A stretch of DNA of 64,000 nucleotides from Octopus sinensis (taxonomy: Eukaryota), in assembly GCF_006345805.1 (NCBI RefSeq), contig NC_043004.1, positions 87,234,001 through 87,298,000 of the forward strand, in the 5' to 3' direction. A model generated the notes under the pieces. That model ran no database searches. It saw nothing but the letters and a program-made list of their open reading frames with translations, and was not told the DNA's origin. The position numbers and the translations under genes were made by a program. The stretch's first letter is position 1. Each line of letters opens with the position of its first letter. This document shows positions 13,253-26,328 of the stretch, piece after piece.

Positions 13253-15000
13253 TTACTATCATTATTATTATTATTATTATTATTATTAAGGTAGTGAGCT
13301 TGCAAAATCATTAGCACACTGGGCAAAATGGTTTGCATTATTTCATCCAACCTAATGTTTTGAGTTCAAATTCCACTGAGATTGACTTTGCCTTCCATCC
13401 TTTTAGGGTTGATAAAAATAAGTACCAGCTGACCACTGGGATCGACATAATTGACTTAACCCCCTCCTTTAACTTGCAGGCCTTGTGCCAAAATTTAAAA
13501 CTATTATTATTATTATTATTATTGAGTGAGAGAGCAGTGCATGCCATCAAAGTGACACCAGGGTAAAATATACAAAGCCCAGTATACCCATCATGACTAC
13601 CCATCTGATGAGGGTACACCAGGCACATGCGTCACAACCATATGTGTGCGACATGGTGATCTCATATCAAGATAAACAGTGCATGACCTTGCAGGTGGGG
13701 CCCAGCTAGAATTTTCTTCTGGTCGAGTAACCCTTCCTGCTCAAAAGGTCACTGAATAAGGGTTGTTTAAGGATGTTGAACAAAACACCCATGTTTCCAA
13801 AGGTAAATTATCCAAACCCCAAAGAATTCCTCTCAGCACATGGTTATGCTGCTCCCTTACTACTTCTGCTCATGATTAGAGATGCACATATTGTCAACCA
13901 CCAAGGGACATACTCAGCTGGTTAAGGTCAAACAACTGACAGGCAAATTTGTGGTTTTGAGCAGAATATTTACTGTAGCCCTTCTTTTATACCAAGACAA
14001 AACAATGTACATGATAACACTTCCAATCAGTTAAAATCAGAAGCCATGAGAGCCAGTGCTTGGTACTGCATCAGGGCATTTATTATTATTATCATCATCA
14101 TCATCATTATTATTATTATTGACATGTGTAGAGCAGTATGTTGGCGAAGTCAGTAAAGCAGTGGAAGTGTCTAGTTATGTCCCTTTACATTCTGAGTTCA
14201 AATATTCTCAAGGTCAACTTTGTCTTTCATCCCTTCAGAATCAATAAAATACAATACTAGCCTAGTACTGGGATTGATGGTATCAACTAACCCTTCTCTC
14301 TTCAAAAGCATTGGCCCTGTACTTATAAGAAAGAATTATTATGATTGATGTTATTTATATTAGTAGAGCAATTTGCTGGCAGAATCAGTAAAGTGTTGGT
14401 CAAAGTACATTGTATTATTAGTTACATCTCTTTCCATTCTGAGTTCAAATCCTGTCCAAGTCAACTCTGCCTTTCGTCATTCTGAAGTTTAATAAAATAA
14501 AGTACCAGTTAATAGTTATACCAACTAGATTTGATATAATTGCTTATTTATTCTTTCCTCAAAAATTTATGGAATTACATCAATTTTAAAAATGGTTGTT
14601 GTTATTATTATTATTATTATTATTATTAAGGCAGCAAGCAGGCAGAGTTGTTAGCATACCAGGCGAAATACTTGGTGGTATTTTGTCTGCCACTACATTC
14701 TGAGTTCAAATTCTGCCAAGGTTGACTGTGCCTCACATACTTTCAGGGTCAAAAAATTAAGTACCAGTGAAACACTGGGGTCAATGTAGTCAACTTGTCC
14801 CTTCCCCAAAAATTTCAAGCCTTGTGCCTTTAGTAGAAAGTATCATTATTATTATTATATCTACTTAATTTTATCCTTTCACGTTTTGAGTTCAAATCTT
14901 AACAGAGTTGACTTTACCTTTCATTCTTCCAAGATAAAATAATGGTTAGTTTAATCAACTGCTCTTTCCCCCAAAATTTTTTGCTTTATGCCTACGGGAA
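13000..15000 (+). repeat. Head-to-tail cluster of family A SINEs separated by (ATT)n
   Basis: The gagttcaaat...ttcatcc...aagtaccag core recurs near 13070, 13360, 14190, 14440, 14700 and 14885, all on the + strand. Confidence 0.85.
13524..14079. mobile_element. Non-coding ~556-bp element embedded in (ATT)n
   Basis: Higher-GC block with sharp edges and ATT repeats on both sides. No TIR or ORF. Confidence 0.6.
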
Positions 15001-15180
15001 AAATTCAATGAATACTCTTTTACTGGTGCCAGCCAGTGGATCATGGCCAAGCCCTAGCATTGCCATCTTTAAAACAAGAGGCTTGCTAACTGGACTTCAA
15101 GTGTATTAAATATACACTTACCACATGACCATGTTACCAATTATGCTACTGAGCAGGCTCTTCATGTTCTAAGTTAGAGT

Positions 15181-15490
15181 TGTGGAGGCACATGGCCTAG
15201 TGGTTAGAGCAGCGAACTCGTGGTCGAGGGATCGCCGGTTCGAATCTCAGACCAGGCGATGTATGTGTTTATGAGTGAAACACCTAAGCTCCACACGGCT
15301 CCAGCAGAAGGTAATGGCGAAACTTCTGCTGACTCTTTCGCCATAACTTTCTCTCACTCTTTCCTCCTGCATCTTGCAGCTCTGCGATGGACCGGTGTCC
15401 CATCCAGGTGGGGAACCTATATGCCAAGAAACCAGGAAACCGGCCCTTATGAGCCAGGCATGGCTCGAGATGGAACAAACATAAAAAAAA
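15181..15490 (+). mobile_element. tRNA-derived SINE (family C)
   Basis: A-box tggcctagtgg, B-box ggttcgaatc, A-rich tail. CpGs retained, suggesting a young copy. Confidence 0.8.
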
Positions 15491-16799
15491 AGTTAGGCTT
15501 AGGTCAACTTTGCTTTCATCCTTTCACAGTTGATAAACTAGTCAGGAACTGAGAATGGCATAATCTGCTGGCCTCCTTCTTTCAAAATTTCTAGCTTTAT
15601 ACCAAAATTAGAAAGAATTATTTTTATTATTATTGAAATGTGGAGCATTCTTAGAATGGTCTATGTAATATTTTGAACACTTTGAGTTAGTGAAGTAATC
15701 CTTTATTAAATTAATAATTTGTTTTCCATGTCAGTATGTAAGGTTTATTTCATGACTATTAGTATCTTTACACAGATTTATGTAAGAGTTGGGTGAAAAC
15801 ATCATCACCATCTCCATCATCTGTATGGATTCTTATAGTCCTTTATGACTGTGTACCTTTCATTCTATGATCAACATTTTATATTGTTTTGGCAGATGAA
15901 AGAAACCTTTATGTGAATTCTTTCTTGTGTAAAGGGATATTGATAAAGTATTTATAATTAATAGAATAAATACAAACTCATTGTCCATTAGTGATATACT
16001 TTGCAGTTGTCTTTTATTCAGTTTATTTTAGCTAGGTAAGGGTACACCCTGATATTTTATTTCCACCATCCTTTCTTGCTTTCCTGCTGAAGTATCCGTG
16101 TATCTTCTCTACAACAAGAGACCTGTTCCTGTTCCTCTTTCCTACTTTAGACTCTCTACACCTGGTATAATGCTACCTCCCTCAATATGAGGAAGTAACA
16201 TTGTACCACCAAAAAAGCATCCAGATACTCTATAAAGGGACTGACATTAGGAATAGTGTCCAGATCTAGAAATCTTGCTAAAGCAGATACTGGAGACCAA
16301 CACAACCCTCAGGCTTGTCAGATCCTGCCGAATTGCCCAACCTATGCTAGCATGGGCCACAGACATTAAATGGTGGTATCAATGACACTGACGAAAATGA
16401 TAACAACATTATAAAAGATCTATTATTGCTGATGTCTTTCTCCTTTCACATGCGATTAAAATGATCCATGTGCAATGAGAGTCTAGCTTTGTATCTAAGT
16501 GGAAAATAGCATGAAGTTCAGAACATTCAATTATTGGAATATATTTCAGCATTATTATCTCAGTCTGTGTCATCATTCTGGATCTTCTACTTTTATGAGC
16601 TTAGTAAACCACAAATTTCCAGGATTCCTCATTAAATAAGAGTTGGTCACACACATAAGTATTCTCTGTATGGGTTTTAGATTCTCTTTCATTAGTCCCT
16701 TAACTGAAGCAGTAGACTTCCAAGAAAACATAGAGCAACTAGTATCTCCTTATTCAAAATCTGTTTTTATAACCCTCTATGCATAGCATAACCCACATG

Positions 16800-17300
16800 C
16801 CTGTGCATTAACTCCTATCTAAGGCCCAGTTTCAAATGACCTGACTTCACTTCATTCTATGTTTTCATTAACAACAGGTATCTTCTACTATCACCACATA
16901 AAGATATTCCAGCTAGTATTTGTCTTCTAGTCACACATACCTATATCATTAGAGATTCTCCTGCATACATCAACTAATATCTTTAATACCAGCTTCTCAT
17001 TTATATTCTGCCTTTTATGTGAGATAACTTAATGCATCGATCAAATCGTACTCAAATTATTTCCTTCTTGCAACTTCAGATCTTCCATATTCAGTGTCCA
17101 TGTCTCATTTTCAACTAACATATCACTCTCACACATACTTCTTACCTTCCACTTGAAGCAAATACAGAGACATCATTTGTTTCCAATAGCAATGACATTT
17201 CTCTGACTTTGTTTCAGTCTTTTCACTGTAGCTACTGTGTTAAAATAGACAGGATACAAACATTACTGAAAATGCAATTAGACACAAATATACATAAATA
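16800..17300 (-). mobile_element. Highly decayed fragment of the same RTE family
   Basis: Minus strand reads ..ENETWTLNMEDLK.. and GIKDIS..MQE, matching the 20285-20764 fragment. Confidence 0.5.
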
Positions 17301-17686
17301 ATATTGAATATAACTTGTATGGATGGAGATCTTGTCACCATCAGTATGGTCGGAATAGAAGTGTTTGGCAGCAATATGCATTTGGAGATTATGAAGGTAG
17401 TTAGTTCTGTAGTGTATATATCCACTTATATCTACATCATCATTTCTACCAAGAATGTTGGTTAGCTGATCTTAATGGAGTCATGTCCCTTATTTATTGT
17501 TTTCAGAGTTGCTCCAGTCCACTCTGCTGGCAAAAATGAGTTGTACTTGTAACTCAAAGAACCATCCTTGTTACATTTTGTATCCTGCTAAATCTCTCCA
17601 CCACTGCCACATTAATTACATTAGCAGGCTGTTCTATTGCTTGGATTAACTGGAATCCTTGTCATCATAACCGACAGAGTGCCAGT

Positions 17687-17740
<54 letters not shown>

Positions 17741-19280
17741 GGCAGATAGCCAAGTTGATGGCATGCCAGACATCCCAATCAAGAGGTTGATAATTGTATG
17801 ATTTATAAAGCAGGTTCTACTCCTATTTGATGTTTGAATGCTTACCTAACATACAAATTTAAGTTACATATATATGTCTGTGTGTGTTGAAACATATCAA
17901 CTGAGGAAGGTCATGCATGAGGAATGCTTTTCCCATTAAATGTTATGCAATGTTCTGAAATGTATGTGTCTCAAGTGCTATCCAAATATCATTTGGCTTG
18001 ACTTCATTATTATAACACACACACACACAACACACACACACACACACACACACATATGCACGAAGCATTCTACTTGTATTAGAATGGAAAAATGAGACAT
18101 TAAACTTTAAAAATATGTAATCATGATCAAAATTTCCTTTCAGTTATAATCTCATAGCAAAATAAAACTTCAGTATTCTATTAGTAGCTCATCAATCTTC
18201 TAAGGGACAGAAACTTATGCTGTCTCCCAATAGGAACTGACCCCCAGAAGGATGAGCTACCGAACTAGACCCTGTAAAGCATCTTGTTCTGTATCTCATT
18301 GTTTTGAGTTCAGTTCCCATCAAAAATCTCTCTGTTACTGATCCTTGTAATACCAACTCACCCTTAGTTCTATGATACCATCTTCCTATTTTAAAGAGAT
18401 TTAAATTAAAACCTTCCATCAAAATTTCATGTTAGTTTACGTTCTGAACACTAGCTTGATACTGACAAAATTATTTTACGACATACACTTGAAAGAAAGT
18501 CAGTTTATTTCCACAGGAATATTAGTAGCAAAATGGTTAATACCAAATTTATTGATTTAATAGTGATAACAGTTTCTTGTATTAGCACAAGACTACAGAT
18601 TTGTAGGGAACATATCATAGTTCATTGAATCAATCTCAGTATTTTCTTTACTGGCACTTATCCACTCTAAAGAGTAAAAACAGGTCAAGTCAAAAATGTA
18701 ATCACAATAAACCCTCATTATTTCTCTCATATTCAGTAATAATTATTAATATTTTGCGCTGCCTTACTCTAGCCACAGGGCACAATAGCTAGTTCTTTGT
18801 CTTCATTAGCTATACCCCTAAATATAGGCTTTGTAGTTAGTATACTAATGTATGTCTGTTGTTAGCCAAAATAGAAAACATATGCCAACACAAGGTTATC
18901 TGGCCAATATAAGGTTAGCCAATGTCATTTGGACTATATTCAGGAAGATAAGTATACAAGTCAGTAATAAATACTGCAGTCACATCCTATACCCAGTGAC
19001 TAAACATGATCAATAAAGTATACTGTAGGGTATTTTTGAGAATAAATTTAACAGATGCACCATTTGCATGAAGACATAAAAGGAAGAGGAAATAGTGTTA
19101 ACATATTTAACATAGTTAGCAGTAACGAGCTAATTAGAAATGGGATCAGATAAGAAGGTTAGTGGAATCAAAACCATGGTTTGGACTCAGTTTAACAGTG
19201 TGGCAACTTTGGCAACTGGAGCTTTATAATAGACTTAATTGTGTGGAAATCCAGGCTTCAGTGTCTGTTTTGGCATGGCT

Positions 19281-19686
19281 TTTTTATGACTGGATGCCCT
19301 TCCTAACACCAATCACCCCCACAGAGTGGACTGAATGATTTTTATGACTGGATGCCCTTCCTAACACCAATCACCCCCACAGAGTGGACTGAATGATTTT
19401 TATGACTGGATGCCCTTCCTAACACCAATCACCCCCACAGAGTGGACTGAATGATTTTTATGACTGGATGCCCTTCCTAACACCAATCACCCCCACAGAG
19501 TGGACTGAATGATTTTTATGACTGGATGCCCTCCTAACACCAATCACCCCACAGTGGACTGAATGATTTTTATGACTGGATGCCCTTCCTAACACCAATC
19601 ACCCCCACAGAGTGGACTGAATGATTTTTATAACTGGATGCCCTTCCAAATGCCAACCACTTTACGGTGTGGACTGGATGCTTTTT
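19281..19686. repeat. 58-bp minisatellite: 6 near-identical units plus 1 divergent unit
   Basis: Unit tttttatgactggatgcccttcctaacaccaatcacccccacagagtggactgaatga starts at 19281, 19339, 19397, 19455, 19513 (54 nt) and 19567; divergent unit at 19625. Confidence 0.97.
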
Positions 19687-20284
19687 ACAAGGCACCAGCA
19701 CTGGCACTGTAGAAGAGGTGCATGGTTACCCGGTCAGAGAGAGAGGGGGAGTGATCAAGAATGTGGACAGAAACAGGTGTGTTGCTGTAGAGGAGATACA
19801 TTGTTACCCAGTCAGAAGGAAGAGAGCAAGAGTGCAAGAGAGAGCAGGAGAGAGGTGGTGGTGAAGTACCAGGGTATACTCACAAAGAGTGGGGATCAGT
19901 ATATAAATGGGATGGTAGCATAGAGCATGGTGTGAAGTGCCTGGGCATACTCTCAAGGTATGGGGTCAGAATATAAATGGCAGGGTATCATCAAAGGTGG
20001 TGTGTGAGTAGGGAGTAGAGACTTCACATGGATGCAAAGAGTGTGAGAGTGGGGAATGCAGTGACTGGTGAAACCTGGGTGTATAGAGGGGGTAGGGGAC
20101 AGGATTGGGGAGCGAGTGCATGAAAAGAAGAAATATGAGGAAGAGAAGAGATGTAGTTTGGTCTGTTGGGGTAGGGTGTGTGAAAAGTTTTATTGTTACA
20201 TGTGGATGGAAAACAATGCTTCTAGAACTGAGTTTCACTGATGTGGGTGGGTCTTCTCAAAAACCTCATATCATCAGACATCTC

Positions 20285-20764
20285 AGTCCATTATCATCTC
20301 CTCTGTGAGGCCCAACATCCTGAGATCAGTCCCCACCACTTTATCCCATATCTTTCTGGGTCTCCCTCTTCCACAGGGGCCATCCATTTTCAGTGATCCA
20401 TATTTTTTTATACAGCTGTCTTCATTCATATGCATCACATGTCCAAACCAATGCATTCTTCTCTCTTGCATGGTGCATCTGATTCCTCTTATTCTCAACT
20501 CATTTGCACTTTGTTGTACATGCAAACTGATGTTGCACATCCAACAAAGCATACTTCCTTCATTCCTCTTTAGTTTATGAATGTCTTCTGAATTCTGACC
20601 ATGTCTCACCACCATGGAGTATAGCCATTTGTACACAAGCATCATACAATGTATCTTTGACTCTGAGAGAAAGTCCTTTTGTTGCCAACAGGGTTAATAT
20701 CTCTTTGAACTTCCTCCATCCTATTCTTATTCTAGAGACAATAGTTTCAGAACACCCTTCACCA
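20285..20764 (-). mobile_element. RTE-like LINE ORF C-terminal fragment (family of the (GAT)n-tailed repeats)
   Basis: RIRIGWRKFKE...LYDACV..AILHGGETW and WFGHV...GRGRPRKIWD across two frames. Confidence 0.85.
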
Positions 20765-20767
20765 TAA

Positions 20768-20820
<53 letters not shown>

Positions 20821-21049
20821 AATACTGGAAGTAAAATAATATGCTTATTTCTTAATTTCGTAATAGTACTTATTTCTTTATTACTTAATAGTACTCAAAT
20901 ACCAGGGGTAGAGTAATATACTTTATTTTTTAATCTAAACTGTCTGATAAATGGGGACATGAAACTCTGAGTAGAAGTTTTTTTGCGATATTTTTGTGAT
21001 GGTTTTGCAGCTTTAATAATAATAAAGTATATATAAATATATGTATGTA

Positions 21050-21590
21050 TTTTGTGATGTCTACAATATATAAATATTCTGTAAATGTCTGAAGAATTTA
21101 CAGACTTCAGGAGAACATGAAATAATTCTTTTTTGGAACAGTGAAACTTGTTGGAATAAAGCTGTAAATAATAGCATGTAAATATTGAGTTAAAAAGCCC
21201 TTTGGATAGAAAACATCAAGTGTGTGTGTCTGTGCTTATATTTTTTACTATCCTTGATGAAGTATTCCAACTTCACTAAAGTTAATCATTGGTCTTTGAA
21301 TGAAGTGATTAGTCTGTAACCAGCATCATCATTGTTTAGATATTCTGATATAAAATGCATAAATACGATATTTCTCTAAAATATTCTAATTTTCTACACC
21401 AACTGGTTTTTAGCATTGTACATTTACTTAGTAACATTTTCATTGCTACTTTGCTAAATACATTGAAGTCTGCATTTTACTGATGAGGTCCAAATAAGAC
21501 AAAAACATGTCATGAGATGCCTCCCATTCTTGCAGGAAAAATTTAGTCATTGTAATAATATCGCAATTATTATCTCGTAATTATTTTTAA
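21050..21590 (+). mobile_element. Penelope-like 3' remnant carrying a decayed minimal hammerhead ribozyme motif (21472-21520)
   Basis: ..ALWIENIK resembles a GIY-YIG C-terminus. CTGATGA-ggtc/gac stem-aaaaa-catgtc is flanked by complementary gcatttta/tgagatgc. Confidence 0.55.
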
Positions 21591-22908
21591 TTAGCTTTTT
21601 GAAGCTCACTGCATTAAAATTTGATAAACATACTGTAGGAGTCTGAGAGAACTATTCTTGATAACAGACTGGAAATTAAATACAAGAGTACTGGCAACTG
21701 AACAAAATATAAGGACTCACAAACAGAAATGGCATGGAAGTTGAGAATTATTATAATGAGCTTTGAGGCCCAAAGAATCAGCTTGAAAGTATTCTATGTC
21801 TCTGCAATGTACAACATACAGAAGCCTGCTCTTCTGGACAAATCTCATATCATATAGAAACCATTGACAGAGCCAGTCTTCTGTCTTGATACACATTAAA
21901 GTCTCTCTAGAATTAAGGCGTCATTGATGAAGTACAATAGACAAATGACAGTGTTAATTATTATAAAAAGTAAATATAAAGATAATTGCAACTGTAATTA
22001 TTCTTAACTTTCTTATTATTTCATTTTGTTTTCATCATCATCATCATAGAACCATTTTCCATACTGACATGGGTTGGACAGTTTTGACAGGATCTATCAA
22101 GTTGCAGGATTGTGTCAAGCTCCACTGTTAGCTTTAGCATAGTTTCTAAAGATGGATGCCCTTCCTTATGCCAACCACTTTTCACTGTATACTTGGTGCT
22201 TTATTCACGCCATCAGCACTAGTGCGATCTCAGTGGTCCAGGCTCTCATTCTTTCTGTCTATATGCACTGTCAACTACCAAAATAAACTGTTTTTGCTTG
22301 TTGCTGCTGCCTAGTCCCAGGTCAGCTCTAACTGAGCAAGACTTGTGATCAAAGACATTCCACTTATAACCATCCTATTTTGCCCCCAATAAACCCAGGG
22401 GCATATTATTCAATATGTTGTGTTTTAAGGCAGTAGGATGTGATTTACTGAAGAGTTGGCTGCTGATTCTACCCGGTCAAATCACCTTGTAGATTCTGCC
22501 TCGTTTAGTCATTCTGCGAAAAATCAAATTACCACTTTCATTTCATACTTGAGTAAATTATGTTAAAAAGACAAGAATCAATAAAAAATATCTGTTGCAT
22601 CAAATCATGCAGATTGTCTATTTTGGCAGAATCATATGTCTCAAGCCACCAGTGACTGAAAAATAAAAAAAAATGGATGTGGAATGCTTAGACATGATGT
22701 GATGTTTTTTGCAGCACGTATTAATTTTAACTACTTCACAAAATAATGCAACAGTAGCAGAAAAACTATTGATTTAGATATTAATGGTATTTGCTATTTA
22801 TAGCTGTTATTATTTCAACAAGTCATACACACCAAATTATTAATAAAATTGTTATTTCTAACCTAAACCTCTTCTCATATATTTATATTAATTTCTGCTG
22901 TCTTGTAG

Positions 22909-23033
22909 GTGCACACAAATCAAGACATATTCCTGGGATAATGCACAAGTAGTTTTAGTGGGCAATAAGTGTGACTTGGAAGAAGAACGTGTGGTGTCTA
23001 CTGAACGAGGAAAACAACTGGCTGATCAGCTAG
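22909..23033 (+). CDS. RAB3: Rab3 coding exon (125 nt): (W)[41 protein letters not shown](G)
   Basis: Acceptor tgtcttgtag, donor G|GTAAGT. Rab3-type [11 protein letters not shown] and G4 motif NKCD. Frame continuous with both flanking exons. Confidence 0.97.
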
Positions 23034-26000
23034 GTAAGTGGAGATTCTTTTTTTTTTTAGTGAGGAGGGTTGTATTTTGTGGAAAGGTTTATGACATTAC
23101 AAATTTGAATAGCTGTTTGTATGGGCCAGGTGGTGAACTGGTCAAACCGTTACCACAGTGGACAGACAAAATGCTTAGTGGCATTTCTTCTGACTCCATG
23201 TTCTGTGTCTAAATGCTACCTGTGTCAACTTTGCCCTTCATCCTTTTGGGGTTAATAAAATAAATACCAGTTGAGCACTGGGGTTGGTGTAATCAACTTA
23301 GTTCCTCTCCTAAAATTGCTGGCCTTGTGCCAAAATTTGAAACCAATATTTGTTTGTATGCGTATATGTAATATAAAATGATATTGATATTTATTGATTT
23401 ATGTTTAAAGTATGTGAACACTTGCAAAAACAATTTCACATCCGTCTTAGCTTTGTAGGGGAGATCAATATGGGAGTTTTGGTATACAAGCCTTTTTCTA
23501 AAGGCATGAGAAGCAAAAGTGAAACAGTTTCACCTAAAAATTGAAGTTAGACAAATAACTTTTTTATTTTGCTTAGGAAGAAGAGCTTGTAGCCCTTTTC
23601 AGAAAGCTGAGTCAATGGAGAGGAGTTACAACTAGTTAAAATCTCCAGGTAGTTTAAATATACAAGTCACCAATATCCAAGTAGCTAAAAAGTGTCAGCA
23701 GACAGACACCCAGAAATCATGACCTGAATGTGGCCTTGCCCTCTTGGAATGTAAGAAGGGAAGAGCCGAAACACTTGCCTGAGGTGGGTTTCTTGTCTGA
23801 AGACCTTCTGCTGTTCAAGTCTCTTGAGAGTTTCTTACCATGATACGAAGGAAGAGAGTATTCTCAAAGTGGAACTCTAACCCAAATGCCTGATATGAAG
23901 TGACTCCACTGAGGGCATACAAAACCAATGATGGTGTTAAACTGGGTGACAGATTTAAGTCCACCTCAAATAGGAAATAAGAGGAGCAGCATTTGAACTG
24001 AAAACATAAAGAGATGGAACAAATTCCACAAGGCATCCTCTCTGATGCTCTAACAATTCTGCCAGTCCACTGCCTTAGGGTGGTACATTATTTGTTGAGC
24101 TTTGAAGGTTGAAAAGCAAGGGTGGCTTCAACAGGATTTGAACTCAGAATGCACAGAACCAGAAGAAATACTACAAAACATTTAATCCTCAACTTCAACC
24201 AGGGCTTCATCACTCCTGAAGGAGGAACCCCACCATGGACTCCATCTACTGTTGTCTGTCTCTGACCAGTCATGGTCATGTAGATCCCTGGTAGCAGGTG
24301 AGATCATCTTGCCATTTTGTTTTTAGTCATCCTCTTAATTTTGTCCAGCTATACAATAATTTGCTGAAACTGAGTATTTTTATTCTGATCAAAGACAATT
24401 ACCAGCATTTTTCACTTCATCCTTATAGTATAATTCTTCAAGCTGACATTATATTTGGAACTAATTCTCCTCCTCCTCATCATCATCATCATTTAATGTC
24501 TGTTTTCCATGCTGGCATGGGTTGGATGGTTTGACAGAATTGACCAGCTGAAGAGCTGTTCAGCCTCTATGTCTGTTTTGGCATGATTTCCATGGCTGGA
24601 CACCCTTTGTGATGCCAACCACTTTACAGAGTGTACTGGGTGCTTTTATGCAGCACCAGCACCTACCTGAATATGTGGAAAGGAGATTTGAAGAAATGTC
24701 CATTTGAAAGAATTATATTACTTTCAATTTAGAGCTAACTTCCTTCATTCTATATTGGTTTCAAATGTTGGTACAGCAATTTTGGTGAAGGGAGTAAATC
24801 AATTAAATCAACCCCAGTGATTAACTGGCACTTACTTTATCGACCTCAAAAGGATGAAAGACAAAGTCTACCGTGGTAGAATTTGAACTCAGATCTGTAA
24901 AGACATGAAATGTTGCTAAGCATTTTGGCCAGCATGTTCACAATTCTGCCAGCTTGCCACCTTCTTCATTCTATATTAATAGCTATAAATTTATATTATG
25001 TTAAGGTAGTATGTTGGCTAAGTTGTTAAGAGTTAGATTGCCTTATGCTGTTTGTCTCACTCTCTGTGCTCAGAGTTCAAATACGACTGAGATCAACTTT
25101 GCCTTTCATCCTGTCAGAGTCATTAAATAAAGTTTTCGTTCTGTATTGGAGTCAATTCTTCTCTTTCTGAAAGAAATTAACTGTGATTAGACTTGGAGAG
25201 GGATGAGCTCTGCCAGGTATAAAAAGCATATGTGCATACATAGATATAATGCAACAAAGAGTGGAATGACGCCATTATCATCATCATCATTATTATTATT
25301 ATTTTAAATCCACTTTCCTTGTATTTGTTGGACAGATCATAGTCTTAGTCAATTTTTATTCATAATAATCCTAGATGACTGGAAACTGTGTCTCACTCAT
25401 GTGTTCTATTTTCAGCATGGTTTCTACTTATGAACATGTTTCCTATCAGCAACTATTTTCCATTATGAATTGGTTGCATTTCATTGTGACACCAGCACAA
25501 GTGAGGTTGTTGTATCATCAACAAAGCTAATCAATCTTCTCTCTGCTATGTTGTCTCTGTTTATTCACCAGTCACTTTGCAGAGTGAACTGAGTACATTT
25601 TATCATGGCACCAGTAATAGAGAGGTTGCTTTGTTCCCTATGAGACTTCTTTCCTCTCAACTCTATGCTGGATGTCAGAATGAAAATTAAAGTATAAATA
25701 TTAGATGTCATCTGTAAATGTAACTAATATTTGACAAATAAATATGGAAAATCTTTTAGTGAGGAGGGAAGGGAATGTGCTTGACCCAGGCTTCTGAGAT
25801 TCATGGGAGAGAAAGAAGAAGATGTCTTTAAGCCAGAGGCCTGACCTGGATGCTTGCAGTATTTTGGATTCCAATAAAGGTGCCTGGTGTTGGTGTTAAA
25901 CCAGGTGACAGGTTAAGTCTACCACCCAAGTAGACCATAGTGGGTTCTGCCAATCTACCATCTTGAATTGGCACCTTTTTATTAACTCCAAAAGGTCAAA

Positions 26001-26137
26001 AGACAAGTTTGTTCAAATTAACCTGTTTGTGTATGTATGTATGCATATAAATGTTGATTTTTGGTTTCTTCTCTTTCCTATTATATACATTGTATCTGCT
26101 TTTAACAATTAAAATAATCATATTTGTCTCTTGATAG

Positions 26138-26328
26138 GTTTGGAATTTTTTGAGACGTCTGCAAAGGAAAATATCAATGTGAAAGCTGTATTTGAGCGAT
26201 TGGTGGACATCATATGTGATAAGATGTCTGAAAGTCTTGATTCGGATCCTACTCTTGTCAACAGCCAAACTAAGGGAACTCGTCTGACAGAGAACCCCAA
26301 CCCGCAGAATAGTAGCTGTCAGTGTTAG
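26138..26328 (+). CDS. RAB3: Rab3 last coding exon (191 nt incl. stop): (G)[62 protein letters not shown]
   Basis: Acceptor tttgtctcttgatag. G5 motif ETSAK, Rab3-type [15 protein letters not shown]-terminal CXC geranylgeranylation motif, TAG stop. The first coding exon is not in the window. Confidence 0.97.

Noticed and set aside
13600-13640. CTGATGA as a hammerhead core
   Set aside because: No stem II followed by GAAA and no flanking stem I.
15186-15256. tRNA gene
   Set aside because: A and B boxes are present, but the sequence continues into a SINE body and A-rich tail; it is a tRNA-derived SINE head.
19281-19686. CRISPR-like array
   Set aside because: Units are contiguous with no unique spacers, derive from a retroelement tail, and lie in a eukaryotic intron with no cas genes.
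5166-22908. Mutually exclusive duplicate Rab3 exon (as in Rab6A) in the long intron
   Set aside because: No second exon-like Rab sequence was found by eye.
23450-24030. CR1/L2-like RT relic on the minus strand
   Set aside because: Suggestive composition, but no clean motif could be read.
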